This document shows positions 8,736 to 17,670 of a stretch of 64,000 bases of DNA, piece by piece. Origin of the DNA: Candidatus Dormibacteria bacterium. Lineage in GTDB: Bacteria; Chloroflexota; Dormibacteria; Aeolococcales; Aeolococcaceae. Every line of letters begins with the position of its first letter. Within the stretch, counting starts at the first letter, position 1. Below the pieces are notes generated by a model. The model was not told the origin of the DNA. It saw only the letters and a list, made by a program, of their open reading frames with translations, and did no database searches. Where the stretch lies: positions 8,918-72,917 of the forward strand of contig JBEKGP010000004.1 of assembly GCA_050012735.1 (NCBI GenBank), in the 5' to 3' direction. The translations under genes and the position numbers were made by a program.

Positions 8736-9707
8736 ATGACATATCTCCGTCGCCGCCTGGGCCTGTTCCTCGTCACCCTCTGGGCGGCCCTCACCATCAA
8801 CTTCGCCCTGCCGCGGCTCATGCCCGGCAACGAGGCCCAGGCGGTGCTGGCCACGTTGCACGGCGTCAACCCCGCGGCGCTCCACGCGCTGGAGATCGAG
8901 TTCGGGGTCAATGTTCACCAGAACATCATCCTCACCTATCTCCAGTACCTGGGGAACTGCTTCACCGGCCAGCTGGGAGTCGACCACTACGGCATCCCCG
9001 TCGTGACGGCGCTCCTTCAGGCGCTTCCCTGGACCCTGGGTCTGGTGGGCATCGCCACAGTGCTGGCCTTTCTCATCGGAACGCTGGTGGGAATCCTCAC
9101 CGCGTGGAGGCGCGGAGGCAGGATGGACGCCTTCCTGCCACCGCTCCTCTTCATCGTCTCGAGCTTCCCGATCTTCTTCATGGGCCTGATCCTCATCCTC
9201 ATCTTCGGGGTGATGCTCAACTGGCTGCCCATCGGCGGTAACTACAGCCTCGACGCCACGCCCTCGCTGTCCCTTCCGTTCATCGGCGATGTGATCACGC
9301 ACGCCATCCTTCCGGGTGCCACCCTGGTGGTGGTCACGGCCGGACTCTGGATCTTCTCCATGCGCAACAACATGATCACCACCCTGGCGGAGGACTACGT
9401 CAAGATGGGGCGGGCCAAGGGCCTCGCGCCCTGGCGGATCATGCTCGACTACGCGGCCCGGAACGCGATCCTCCCCAACCTGACCGGTTTCGCCATGCAG
9501 CTGGGATTCGTGCTGGGCGGAGCCATCCTGGTCGAGTACACCTTCTCGTACCCGGGGCTCGGGTATCTGTTCTACACGAGCACCACGCTTCACGATCTGC
9601 CGATGATGCAGGGCCTCTTCCTCTTCTACACGATGGCGGTGCTGGTCTGCGTCCTGGCTGCCGACCTCGTGACGGCGCTGGTCGATCCGCGGACCAGGGA
9701 CGCGTAG
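8736..9707 (+). CDS. ABC transporter permease (DppB/OppB-like)
   Basis: Typical N-terminus YLRRRLGLFLVTLWAALTINFALPRLMPG and an EAA-loop region DYVKMGRAKGL. Confidence 0.9.
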   Translation: MTYLRRRLGLFLVTLWAALTINFALPRLMPGNEAQAVLATLHGVNPAALHALEIEFGVNVHQNIILTYLQYLGNCFTGQLGVDHYGIPVVTALLQALPWTLGLVGIATVLAFLIGTLVGILTAWRRGGRMDAFLPPLLFIVSSFPIFFMGLILILIFGVMLNWLPIGGNYSLDATPSLSLPFIGDVITHAILPGATLVVVTAGLWIFSMRNNMITTLAEDYVKMGRAKGLAPWRIMLDYAARNAILPNLTGFAMQLGFVLGGAILVEYTFSYPGLGYLFYTSTTLHDLPMMQGLFLFYTMAVLVCVLAADLVTALVDPRTRDA

Positions 9708-9716
9708 GGTCCAGAC

Positions 9717-10652
9717 ATGGCCATTCCAGCGATCGGCTCCAACAGCGCCCTCGGCGGGGCTGGCGTCAGCGCCCCCAACACCAGTGCCCGTGTCCGCTTC
9801 CTGCGGACCCTGTTCAGCAGCAAGAAGGCCACCGCCGGGCTCGTGATCATCCTCGTCATCAGCTTCGTGGCGGCATTTCCGGGGCTGCTGACCCACGACG
9901 ATCCCAATGCGGCCATTTACGGCATCGAGCAGGGACCGTCACTCCAGCATCTGCTGGGGACCACGCTGGTGGGACAGGACGTCTTCTGCCAGCTGATTTA
10001 CGGCACCCGCCTCACCCTGGTCATCGTCGTCGTGGTGAGCGTCATCGCGACGCTCCTGTCCATGATCATCGGGATCACCGCGGCCTACCTCGGGGGTCTG
10101 GCTGATCGCAGCCTCTCTCTGCTGACCGACATATTCCTGATCATTCCCACGCTGCCCCTCTTGATCGTGCTCGCCTTCTACCTCCCCTCGGGAGCGAGCA
10201 CGATGATCCTGGTGCTGTGCCTGACCAGTTGGGCCTTCCAGGCAAGGCAGCTGCGGTCACAGGGCCTGTCACTGCGCAGCCGTGACTTCCTCGCCTCCGC
10301 CAGGGTGCGCGGAGAGCGACCCCTCTACATCGTCCTGGTCGAGATCGTGCCCACCATGACCTCGCTGCTCGCCGCGTCGTTCCTCGGGGTGGCCGTCTAC
10401 GTGGTGGGATTCGCTGCCGGCCTCCAGTTCCTCGGCCTGGGTAACAGCAGCGAGCTGACCTGGGGCACCCTCCTCTACCAGGCCCAGGCGAACGATGCGC
10501 TCATCTCCGGCAACGTGTGGTGGGAGCTGTCTCCCGGGCTCGCGGTGGCCCTGCTGGGCGCCGGGTTCGCCCTCCTCAACTACGCTTTCGACGAGATCGG
10601 AAACCCGGCTCTGCGACCGGCGAGGAGGCGGCGTGACAGATCCGCTTCTTGA
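9717..10652 (+). CDS. ABC transporter permease (DppC/OppC-like)
   Basis: HLLGTTLVGQDVFCQLIYGTR motif (the G.D..GRD type) and SARVRGERPLYIV EAA region. Confidence 0.9.
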   Translation: MAIPAIGSNSALGGAGVSAPNTSARVRFLRTLFSSKKATAGLVIILVISFVAAFPGLLTHDDPNAAIYGIEQGPSLQHLLGTTLVGQDVFCQLIYGTRLTLVIVVVVSVIATLLSMIIGITAAYLGGLADRSLSLLTDIFLIIPTLPLLIVLAFYLPSGASTMILVLCLTSWAFQARQLRSQGLSLRSRDFLASARVRGERPLYIVLVEIVPTMTSLLAASFLGVAVYVVGFAAGLQFLGLGNSSELTWGTLLYQAQANDALISGNVWWELSPGLAVALLGAGFALLNYAFDEIGNPALRPARRRRDRSAS

Positions 10653-11625
10653 GGTCAAGGACCTTACCGTCGACTATCAGGCTGAGTACGCGGACGTGCG
10701 AGCGCTCGATCACGTGTCTCTCAGTGTGGCGCCGGGGGAGTTCCTCGGTGTGGTCGGTGAGTCAGGTTGCGGCAAGTCGACGATGCTCTTTGCCATTGCC
10801 CAGCTTCTCTCTCCCCCTGCCGTCCTGATCGGGGGCAGCGTGAGGTTCACCGGCAAGGACATGGTCCGGCTGACCGAGGCCGAGCTGCGCCACATGAGAT
10901 GGCGCGACTACGCCGTGGTGATGCAGAGTGCCATGAACGCGCTCAATCCCATGAAGACCGTGGCGGCGCAGTTCGCCGACGCCATCCGCGCTCACGCCAA
11001 GATGACGGGTAAGGAGATCCGAAACCGCTCCGCCGAGGTCCTCCGGCTGGTGGGTATCGACCCGGCCCACCTGGACAGCTACCCTCACCAGCTGAGCGGC
11101 GGCATGCGTCAGCGGACGATGATCGCCATGGCTCTCCTCTTCACCCCCCAGTTGGTGCTGATGGACGAGCCGACGTCGGCGCTCGACGTCGTCGCACAAC
11201 GCGCCCTGATGCGTCAGATCAAGGAGCTGCAGGTGCAGCTCGGCTTCGCGGTGATCTTCGTCACCCACGACATGTCCGTGGTGAGCCACTACTCGGATCG
11301 CGTCATGGTCATGTACGCCGGCCAGACGGCCGAGGTGGGAGGCACCCGGCGGATGTTCACCTCACCTCTGCACCCGTACACCCGGGGTCTGATGGACGCG
11401 TTCCCGTCCATCCGCGGCAACCGGCGCGAACTGACCGGCATCCCCGGCAGCCCCCCGGACCTCGGGCATCTGCCGTCCGGATGCCGTTTCATGCCGCGCT
11501 GCCCCGACGCGATGCCGGAGTGTGCCGCCCGTTCGCCGGAGATGTTCGCGGTGGACGAGGCCCAGGTCCGCTGTCTTCTCTACGACGGGCAAGCCCATCA
11601 GGGTCGCATCGGGGAGACCGCCTGA
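10633..11625 (+). CDS. ABC transporter ATP-binding protein (DppD/OppD-like)
   Basis: Walker [10 protein letters not shown], signature LSGGMRQR, Walker B LVLMDEPTSALD, and a C-terminal oligopeptide-type Cys motif. GTG 10633 is preceded by GAGGAGG. Confidence 0.9.
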   Translation: MTDPLLEVKDLTVDYQAEYADVRALDHVSLSVAPGEFLGVVGESGCGKSTMLFAIAQLLSPPAVLIGGSVRFTGKDMVRLTEAELRHMRWRDYAVVMQSAMNALNPMKTVAAQFADAIRAHAKMTGKEIRNRSAEVLRLVGIDPAHLDSYPHQLSGGMRQRTMIAMALLFTPQLVLMDEPTSALDVVAQRALMRQIKELQVQLGFAVIFVTHDMSVVSHYSDRVMVMYAGQTAEVGGTRRMFTSPLHPYTRGLMDAFPSIRGNRRELTGIPGSPPDLGHLPSGCRFMPRCPDAMPECAARSPEMFAVDEAQVRCLLYDGQAHQGRIGETA

Positions 11626-11628
11626 GCC

Positions 11629-12762
11629 ATGGTTCAGAGCACGACGCCCGCACCCGGGGGCACCGGTCTCGATTCCGGCGAACCGCTCCTCCGCACCGTC
11701 GATCTCACGCGGCACTTTCGGCTCGGCGGATTCCGCTCAAGGAACATGTTGCACGCCGTCGACAGTTTCTCCATGACCATCGGCGAGCGGGAGATCGTCG
11801 CCGTTGTGGGCGAGAGCGGCAGTGGCAAGACCACGGTGGCGCGGCTGCTGACCATGATCTACCCGCCCACCCGCGGGACCATCTACTACCGCGGGCGTGC
11901 GGTCAACCATCTGCACTCCCGCCGGGACATCCTCTGGTATCGCGGCGAGGTGCCTCTCGTCTTCCAGGACCCGTACAGCGCGATGAATCCCGTCTTCCGC
12001 GTTTCCCATGGGGTGATGCGGAGCTTGAAGCTGCACCGTCCTGAGCTGGATCGCGCCGGGCGGCAGCGGGAGGCGCAGCGTGTCTTCGACACGGTGGGGC
12101 TCAGCCCTGACATGCTCGCCAAGTTCCCCTACGAGATGAGCGGCGGGCAGCGCCAGCGGGTGGGCTTCGCGCAGGCGCTGGCGGTCCAGCCCCGGCTGAT
12201 CCTGGCCGATGAGCCCGTATCGATGCTAGACGTCTCGATCCGTGCGGGGGTCCTGAACATGATGGCCCGCCTGCGCGAGGAGGAGGGCGTCTCTCTTCTC
12301 TACATCACCCACGATCTGGCGAGCGCCCGCTACGTGGCTGATCGCATCATCGTGATGTATGCGGGCCACCAGGTCGAGACTGGCCCCGCCGACGCCGTCC
12401 TCTCGCAGCCCCGCCACCCCTACACGCAGCTCCTCCTGTCGGCGGCGCCTGACCCGCGAGAGGAGCCCGTGGACATCCCGGCGGACAGCGGTGAACCGCC
12501 CCGGGTCATCAACCCGTCGGAGGGTTGCCGCTTTGCCCCCCGGTGTCCCCTTGCCATCGGAGTTTGCGCCAGCGTGACGCCGGAGCTGAGCAAGATGGGG
12601 CCGGCGCACGAGGCGGCCTGCCACGTCGCCGCGGAAGACGTCGAGCGTGGCCGACCCGTTCACCGCGCCTTCTCCTCTTCGCCGGTTGCCGGGGCATCCC
12701 AGAGTTCGGCGCTCCCGACCTCGGAGACCTCAGGGCCTCAGGGGAGGGCACCGGTTGGCTGA
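11629..12762 (+). CDS. ABC transporter ATP-binding protein (DppF/OppF-like)
   Basis: Walker A GESGSGKTT, signature MSGGQRQR, Walker B LILADEPVSMLD. Confidence 0.9.
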   Translation: MVQSTTPAPGGTGLDSGEPLLRTVDLTRHFRLGGFRSRNMLHAVDSFSMTIGEREIVAVVGESGSGKTTVARLLTMIYPPTRGTIYYRGRAVNHLHSRRDILWYRGEVPLVFQDPYSAMNPVFRVSHGVMRSLKLHRPELDRAGRQREAQRVFDTVGLSPDMLAKFPYEMSGGQRQRVGFAQALAVQPRLILADEPVSMLDVSIRAGVLNMMARLREEEGVSLLYITHDLASARYVADRIIVMYAGHQVETGPADAVLSQPRHPYTQLLLSAAPDPREEPVDIPADSGEPPRVINPSEGCRFAPRCPLAIGVCASVTPELSKMGPAHEAACHVAAEDVERGRPVHRAFSSSPVAGASQSSALPTSETSGPQGRAPVG

Positions 12763-12822
12763 CGCATGCGACGGCGTGTCCGCCGTGAATGGGCGGTTTG
12801 GGAAACCCGGTCAACCCGGTGC

Positions 12823-12828
12823 TAAAAT
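12823..12828 (+). promoter_or_regulatory. candidate -10 element (TAAAAT) for the GntR gene
   Basis: TAAAAT is unusually AT-rich for this DNA and ends 10 nt before GTG 12839. A 13-bp palindrome GGTTT-GGG-AAACC (12796-12808) sits where a -35 or operator would be. Confidence 0.3.
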
Positions 12829-12838
12829 CACGTGGAAC

Positions 12839-13609
12839 GTGGAAAGCACTTCGCACTTGGTGCCTGTCCATGCCCGGCGGACACTTGCCGCGGAGGTGAC
12901 GGCCACGCTCCGGCAGGCCATCCGGAGCGGGAGCATATCGCCGGAGCGCGAGTTCCCGGCCGAATCCGAGCTGGCCCGACAGTTGGGGGTCAGCCGCGGC
13001 ACGTTGCGACAGGCGATCAGCGTCCTCGAGCACGAAGGACTTCTCTCCCGACGCCAGGGGCTGGGGACATTCATCGTGCCCCACACCGCTCGCCTGCGCA
13101 ACGTCCTCAACGCCAACTACGGCCTCACCGAGCTGATAACGAGCATCGGCGAGAGGCCCGGAACCAGCCATCTCGCGGTCTCATCGGTCCCCGCCGACGA
13201 AGTCCTCGCTCAGAAGCTGGGGACAGCTGTCGGCGAGCCGCTCGCCCTCGTCGAGCGGGTGCGCACGGCCGACGACGTCCCGGTGGCCTTCACCCTCGAC
13301 TACCTCCCCCTCGCGCACCTCACGGCTCGCGGGATGACGATCGAGGGGCTGGAGCAAGTCTTCCGCGAACGTGGCTCCCTTTACGCGGTGCTGCGCGACC
13401 TGGGAACGATGATCGACGGCGGGCTCGCTGACCTTCGGGCCGTCACCGCAGCTCCCAAGGTGGCAGCAGCCCTCGGGATCAAGGTGGGCGAGCCGCTTCT
13501 CCTCCTCGGCCAGAGCGACTACAGCCCCAGCGGTCGGGTTGCCCTCTATTCCGACGAGTACCTCCCCTCGCACCTCATGGTGCAGGTGTGGCGCAAAGGC
13601 CCTGGTTGA
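12839..13609 (+). CDS. GntR family transcriptional regulator, HutC subfamily (UTRA effector domain)
   Basis: wHTH FPAESELARQLGVSRGTLRQAISVLEHEGLLSRRQGLGTFI, followed by a roughly 150-aa UTRA-like C-terminal domain. The start is inferred (GTG 12839; GTG 12860 is also possible). Confidence 0.85.
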   Translation: MESTSHLVPVHARRTLAAEVTATLRQAIRSGSISPEREFPAESELARQLGVSRGTLRQAISVLEHEGLLSRRQGLGTFIVPHTARLRNVLNANYGLTELITSIGERPGTSHLAVSSVPADEVLAQKLGTAVGEPLALVERVRTADDVPVAFTLDYLPLAHLTARGMTIEGLEQVFRERGSLYAVLRDLGTMIDGGLADLRAVTAAPKVAAALGIKVGEPLLLLGQSDYSPSGRVALYSDEYLPSHLMVQVWRKGPG

Positions 13610-13613
13610 GAAG

Positions 13614-14720
13614 ATGGCTGCGATGGCGGAGGTGGGCGTGGGGATCGTGGGCTCCGGCTTCGTCTCGTCGTTGCATGCAGAGGCGATGCGGCGCGTGCCC
13701 GGCACCTCGCTGCTGGGCGTCGCCTCCCCGACGCCGGGACACGCAGAGAGCTTCGCGCGAGCCCATTCCGTTCCGCGCTGGTACACGGATCACCGCGCCC
13801 TGCTCGAGGACAGCAGGATCGACGTGGTGTGCGTCGGTGCGCCGAACCACCTCCATCGGGACGTGGTCGTCGATAGCGCGCGTGCCGGCAAACACGTGAT
13901 CTGCGAGAAGCCACTCGCCAGAACCCTCGCCGAAGCCGACGAGATGACGGCGGCTTGCCGGGCGGCGGGGGTGCTGCTGCTCTATGCGGAGGAGCTCTGC
14001 TTCGCTCCCAAGTACGTCCGTGCCAAGCAGCTCGTCGATGCGGGAGCGTTGGGTCAGCTGTTTCATGTCGCACACAGTGAGCAACACGACGGCCCTCATT
14101 CGAACTGGTTTTGGGACATCGCGCGTTCGGGGGGCGGGGTGCTCATGGACATGGGCTGCCACGCTGTCGAGCTCTGCCGGTGGATGTACGACAAGCCTGC
14201 CGTGATCTCGGTGACTGCCGAGCTCGGCACGTACATGCATGCCGGACGCACCCTGGGAGATGACCATGCCGTGGGCATCCTCCGGTTCGGTCGCGGCCAG
14301 CTCGGCGTGATCGCGGTCAGCTGGGCAAAGCCGGGTGGTTTCGATGACCACGCGGAGCTCATCGGTACCGGAGGAGTCAGCTACGTGGACCTCGTCCGCG
14401 GATCGGCGCTGCCCACCTTCAGCTCGTCCGGATATGACTATTCCGCGGAGAAGGCTCCCAGTGAGAGGGGATGGTCCTATCCGGTCTACGACGAGCTGTG
14501 GAACTACGGCTACGTCGGCGAGATGCAGCATTTCGTGGACTGCGTGCGAGGGGATGCCGAGCCCCTGGAGACTGGTGAGGACGGCCGCGAGGTGCTCCGC
14601 ATTCTCTACGCCATGTATCGTGCCGCGGCCATCGGAGGGCTGGCGCTCTTGACGGTTGGCGATGCGGAGCGCGCCCAGGAGCCGATCCGTCCGTGGCTGG
14701 AGGCGCAGGTTCGGCCGTAG
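13614..14720 (+). CDS. Gfo/Idh/MocA family oxidoreductase
   Basis: VGVGIVGSGFVSSLHAEA Rossmann start and GKHVICEKPLARTLAEAD EKP motif. ATG 13614 lies 4 nt after the GntR stop. Confidence 0.85.
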   Translation: MAAMAEVGVGIVGSGFVSSLHAEAMRRVPGTSLLGVASPTPGHAESFARAHSVPRWYTDHRALLEDSRIDVVCVGAPNHLHRDVVVDSARAGKHVICEKPLARTLAEADEMTAACRAAGVLLLYAEELCFAPKYVRAKQLVDAGALGQLFHVAHSEQHDGPHSNWFWDIARSGGGVLMDMGCHAVELCRWMYDKPAVISVTAELGTYMHAGRTLGDDHAVGILRFGRGQLGVIAVSWAKPGGFDDHAELIGTGGVSYVDLVRGSALPTFSSSGYDYSAEKAPSERGWSYPVYDELWNYGYVGEMQHFVDCVRGDAEPLETGEDGREVLRILYAMYRAAAIGGLALLTVGDAERAQEPIRPWLEAQVRP

Positions 14721-14853
14721 ACTCGCACTGAGCCGGTGCGGGTCAGGATTTCCTCGATCGATGCGATCGGGCGCCCGGCTGAATGTCGGGCTGGGCCGGC
14801 ACCTGCATGACCTCGCCGATGGTGAGGAGGTGGCAAGGCAGCCGCCGTCCGGG

Positions 14854-15333
14854 TCAGCCCGCCGCGGCGGCGATCTTCCTGTTGATCAGGGGCTTGGCCT
14901 GAACGAGCACCGGGCTGACGTCCTCTCCATGGATTGCCGCCAGCAGGACGTCGATGTCGGAACCCTTGGTGACGAAGGCCGAGATCCCCGCCGCTCTGAT
15001 GGTGCGGATCACCAGGGCCTCGTCGAACGAGGAGTAGGCGACCAGCCGGATGTCGGGGCAGACCTCGCGCAGGCCGCGTGCCGCAGCCCACCCGCCGCCA
15101 TCGGGCATGTTGACGTCGATCACAGCCACCTGGGGATGGGTCTGCTGCGCCAGCAGGATCGCGTCCTGAATGCGGCTGGCCGTGCCCACAACGGTCAGCG
15201 TGTCATCGGTGTCGAGGATCTCCCTCACCGACTCCAGCATCACGGCGTGGTCGTCGAGGAGGAGGACGGTCAGGTTTCCAGGCGCCTCCCGAGAGCCGGG
15301 GCCGGAGGCCGCGAAATCGGGGTGTTCAGTCAC
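14854..15333 (-). CDS. single-domain response regulator (NarL-type receiver, no output domain)
   Basis: The receiver motifs are all present: LLLDDH, VIDVNMPDGGG, VAYSS, FVTKG. The protein ends about 30 aa after the receiver with no LuxR-type HTH. Confidence 0.8.
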   Translation of the reverse strand: MTEHPDFAASGPGSREAPGNLTVLLLDDHAVMLESVREILDTDDTLTVVGTASRIQDAILLAQQTHPQVAVIDVNMPDGGGWAAARGLREVCPDIRLVAYSSFDEALVIRTIRAAGISAFVTKGSDIDVLLAAIHGEDVSPVLVQAKPLINRKIAAAAG

Positions 15334-15492
15334 GTCAGCGCTCCCTCTGGGGGTGGTGGTGACCTCATGGTGATGGAGTCACGCGGCGGCGGCCAGATTC
15401 TGATTCGCCATATTCGGATGGGCCACCTGCACCAGAGAATCCTGAGGCCCCTGCATCTGGTCCCGCCGCCGCGGGCTGCCTAGCCTCGAATA

Positions 15493-17670
15493 GTGACCAC
15501 CACTCCCCATCGCAGCCATCGAATCGTGCGCAAGCGCAGTTTCGCGTGGCTGGTTGCGGCCACGGTCGTCTTCACGGCAGTGGGCGCCGTCTGGATCGGC
15601 CTCCACCCCGGCCGCAACCGGCCGACGGTGGCTTTCGACGACCTTTCCGAGATGCTGGCGCCGCTCGCCGCGGCCATCGTCTGCTTCCTCGCCGCACGGC
15701 GACGGACCACCCCGGCGCGCGCGGCTTGGGCGCTGATCGGCCTCTCGGCCCTGAGCTGGGGATTGGGGCAGACGGACTGGACGGTTCGGGAGGTCTTCCT
15801 GAACCAGAACCCCGCAACCCTCTTCCCCTCCTGGCCGGATGTCGGCTACGTCGCCGCCATCCCGCTCGGAATAGCGGGATTGATCGCCCTCCCCGCCTTC
15901 CGGGGGGCCGGCACTCGCATCTCACTGCTCCTCGACGGTCTGCTGATGGTGGGGGGGGCTCTCTTCATCAGCTGGGCGACCATCCTGGGCCCCATCTATG
16001 CCCATTCCGCGACTGGGTTCGAGCAGCAGTTCCTCAGCCTGGCCTACCCGCTCAGCGACGTCTTCATGGGGACGATCGTGATCCTGGCGCTCTCCCGCAT
16101 GGCGCCCGCAGGCCGTCGACCGTTCGTTTACCTAGGCATGGGAATTCTCTTCACCGCCGTCGCCGACAGCACCTTCGCGTATCTCACCACGGTGCAGAAC
16201 TTCGACACCTCGAACCCGGCGGACATGGGCTGGACGCTGGGATACATCCTGATCGGTTTGGGCGCGCTGCGGGCGATGACCCCGGCGGACGGTCCCACCG
16301 ACCGCACCGTCCAGAACACCCGCTGGCGGATGGTGCTCCCCTATGTCCCGATGCTCGCCGCCGGCCTGGTGGCCGCCGGACGCGGGCCGCAGGGGTTCGG
16401 GTTCGACGACTTCCTGCTCTGGGACAGCTTTTGCATCGTGGCGATCGTCCTCCTGCGCCAATTCATCCTCGTGCGCAACACCCAGGCGCTCGGCCTTCAG
16501 CTGCAGCAGCAGAATCGGCAGCTCGACCATCTGGTAACAGAGCGCACTCGCGAGCTCGACCACAGTCTGGATGGACTGCGCGAGGCCAATGATCGGAGGA
16601 AGGGGCTCCTGCTACGCCTCGTAACGTTGCAGGACGAGGAGCGCCGCCGCCTCGCCGGCATCATCCACGACGACATGCTGCAGTGGATGGCGGTGGGGCA
16701 CACCCGTCTCCAGATCGCCCGGCGTGGCATCGCCGACCCCAAGCAGGCGTCGTCGTTGGATCGCGCCGCGGACGCGGTCCAGTCGTCCATCACGCGCATG
16801 CGCACGCTGATGTCAGAGCTGCATCCGAAGGTCGTGGAGCGCGGTTTCACCACCGCCCTGAGTGAGTATCTCGAGCAGGTCGAGAATGACGGTGATCTCC
16901 ACTGCGTCCTCGATGGCAGCTTTGCGGATGAACCCACCGGGACGGTTGCCACCACCCTCTACCGGATCACCTGCGAGGCGGTCGTCAACGCGCGCAAGCA
17001 CGCCGCCGGCGCCACCGTCACCGTGGAGCTGAGCGACCGGAACGCCGGCTACGCGGTGACCGTCAGCGACGACGGGCCCGGGTTCGTCCCAGAGGGGACG
17101 GGCTACTCGCCCACCGGCCACGTCGGGCTCAGCTCGATGCGGGAGCGCAGCGAGGCCCTCGGCGGGTCCTGGTCGCTCGAGAGCCGGCCCGGCGCCGGAA
17201 CCAAGGTGAGGTGCTGGGTGCCCCGCGAAGACGCTGAGGCCCCGGCACTCGCGGTGGTGTCCGATGCCGAGCTCGCGGCGGTCATCGAGAACCTGGGCGG
17301 CGAGGAGCCGCCGCCCGAGCCTCCACCGGCAGCCATGGTGCAGTTCCCGAGCTCTGCCGCCCCCGCCTCCCCGGCAGTCGGGCCCGCGCGTCAGACCCGA
17401 CGGACCGCGCGCTATCCCGTGCCCGGCCGGACCAGGCACCTGTCTTTCCCTCGACCACTCGGCGCCCAGGGATCGACAACAGGCACGGGCTCGGAGGGGT
17501 CTGATGGGGTCCTCGCGACCGTCGCGACCACACCTCGGGGGCAAGACGTTTCCGGTGACGACGCCCTCACCCTCGACGCGACCTCCACGACGCAACGCGT
17601 GGTGGGCGAGCTCGCACCCATTGGATCGACGTCCGACACCCCGGGCGCTTCAGCCCGCCAGGCTGAATAG
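15493..17670 (+). CDS. sensor histidine kinase, HisKA_3 (NarX/DesK) type with about 10 TM segments in the N-terminal domain
   Basis: H-box LQDEERRRLAGIIHDDMLQ, HATPase motifs NARKHA and VSDDGPGF, GHVGLSSMRERS. About ten hydrophobic segments lie in the first 330 aa. A roughly 150-aa Pro/Thr/Gly-rich tail follows. GTG start. Confidence 0.85.
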   Translation: MTTTPHRSHRIVRKRSFAWLVAATVVFTAVGAVWIGLHPGRNRPTVAFDDLSEMLAPLAAAIVCFLAARRRTTPARAAWALIGLSALSWGLGQTDWTVREVFLNQNPATLFPSWPDVGYVAAIPLGIAGLIALPAFRGAGTRISLLLDGLLMVGGALFISWATILGPIYAHSATGFEQQFLSLAYPLSDVFMGTIVILALSRMAPAGRRPFVYLGMGILFTAVADSTFAYLTTVQNFDTSNPADMGWTLGYILIGLGALRAMTPADGPTDRTVQNTRWRMVLPYVPMLAAGLVAAGRGPQGFGFDDFLLWDSFCIVAIVLLRQFILVRNTQALGLQLQQQNRQLDHLVTERTRELDHSLDGLREANDRRKGLLLRLVTLQDEERRRLAGIIHDDMLQWMAVGHTRLQIARRGIADPKQASSLDRAADAVQSSITRMRTLMSELHPKVVERGFTTALSEYLEQVENDGDLHCVLDGSFADEPTGTVATTLYRITCEAVVNARKHAAGATVTVELSDRNAGYAVTVSDDGPGFVPEGTGYSPTGHVGLSSMRERSEALGGSWSLESRPGAGTKVRCWVPREDAEAPALAVVSDAELAAVIENLGGEEPPPEPPPAAMVQFPSSAAPASPAVGPARQTRRTARYPVPGRTRHLSFPRPLGAQGSTTGTGSEGSDGVLATVATTPRGQDVSGDDALTLDATSTTQRVVGELAPIGSTSDTPGASARQAE

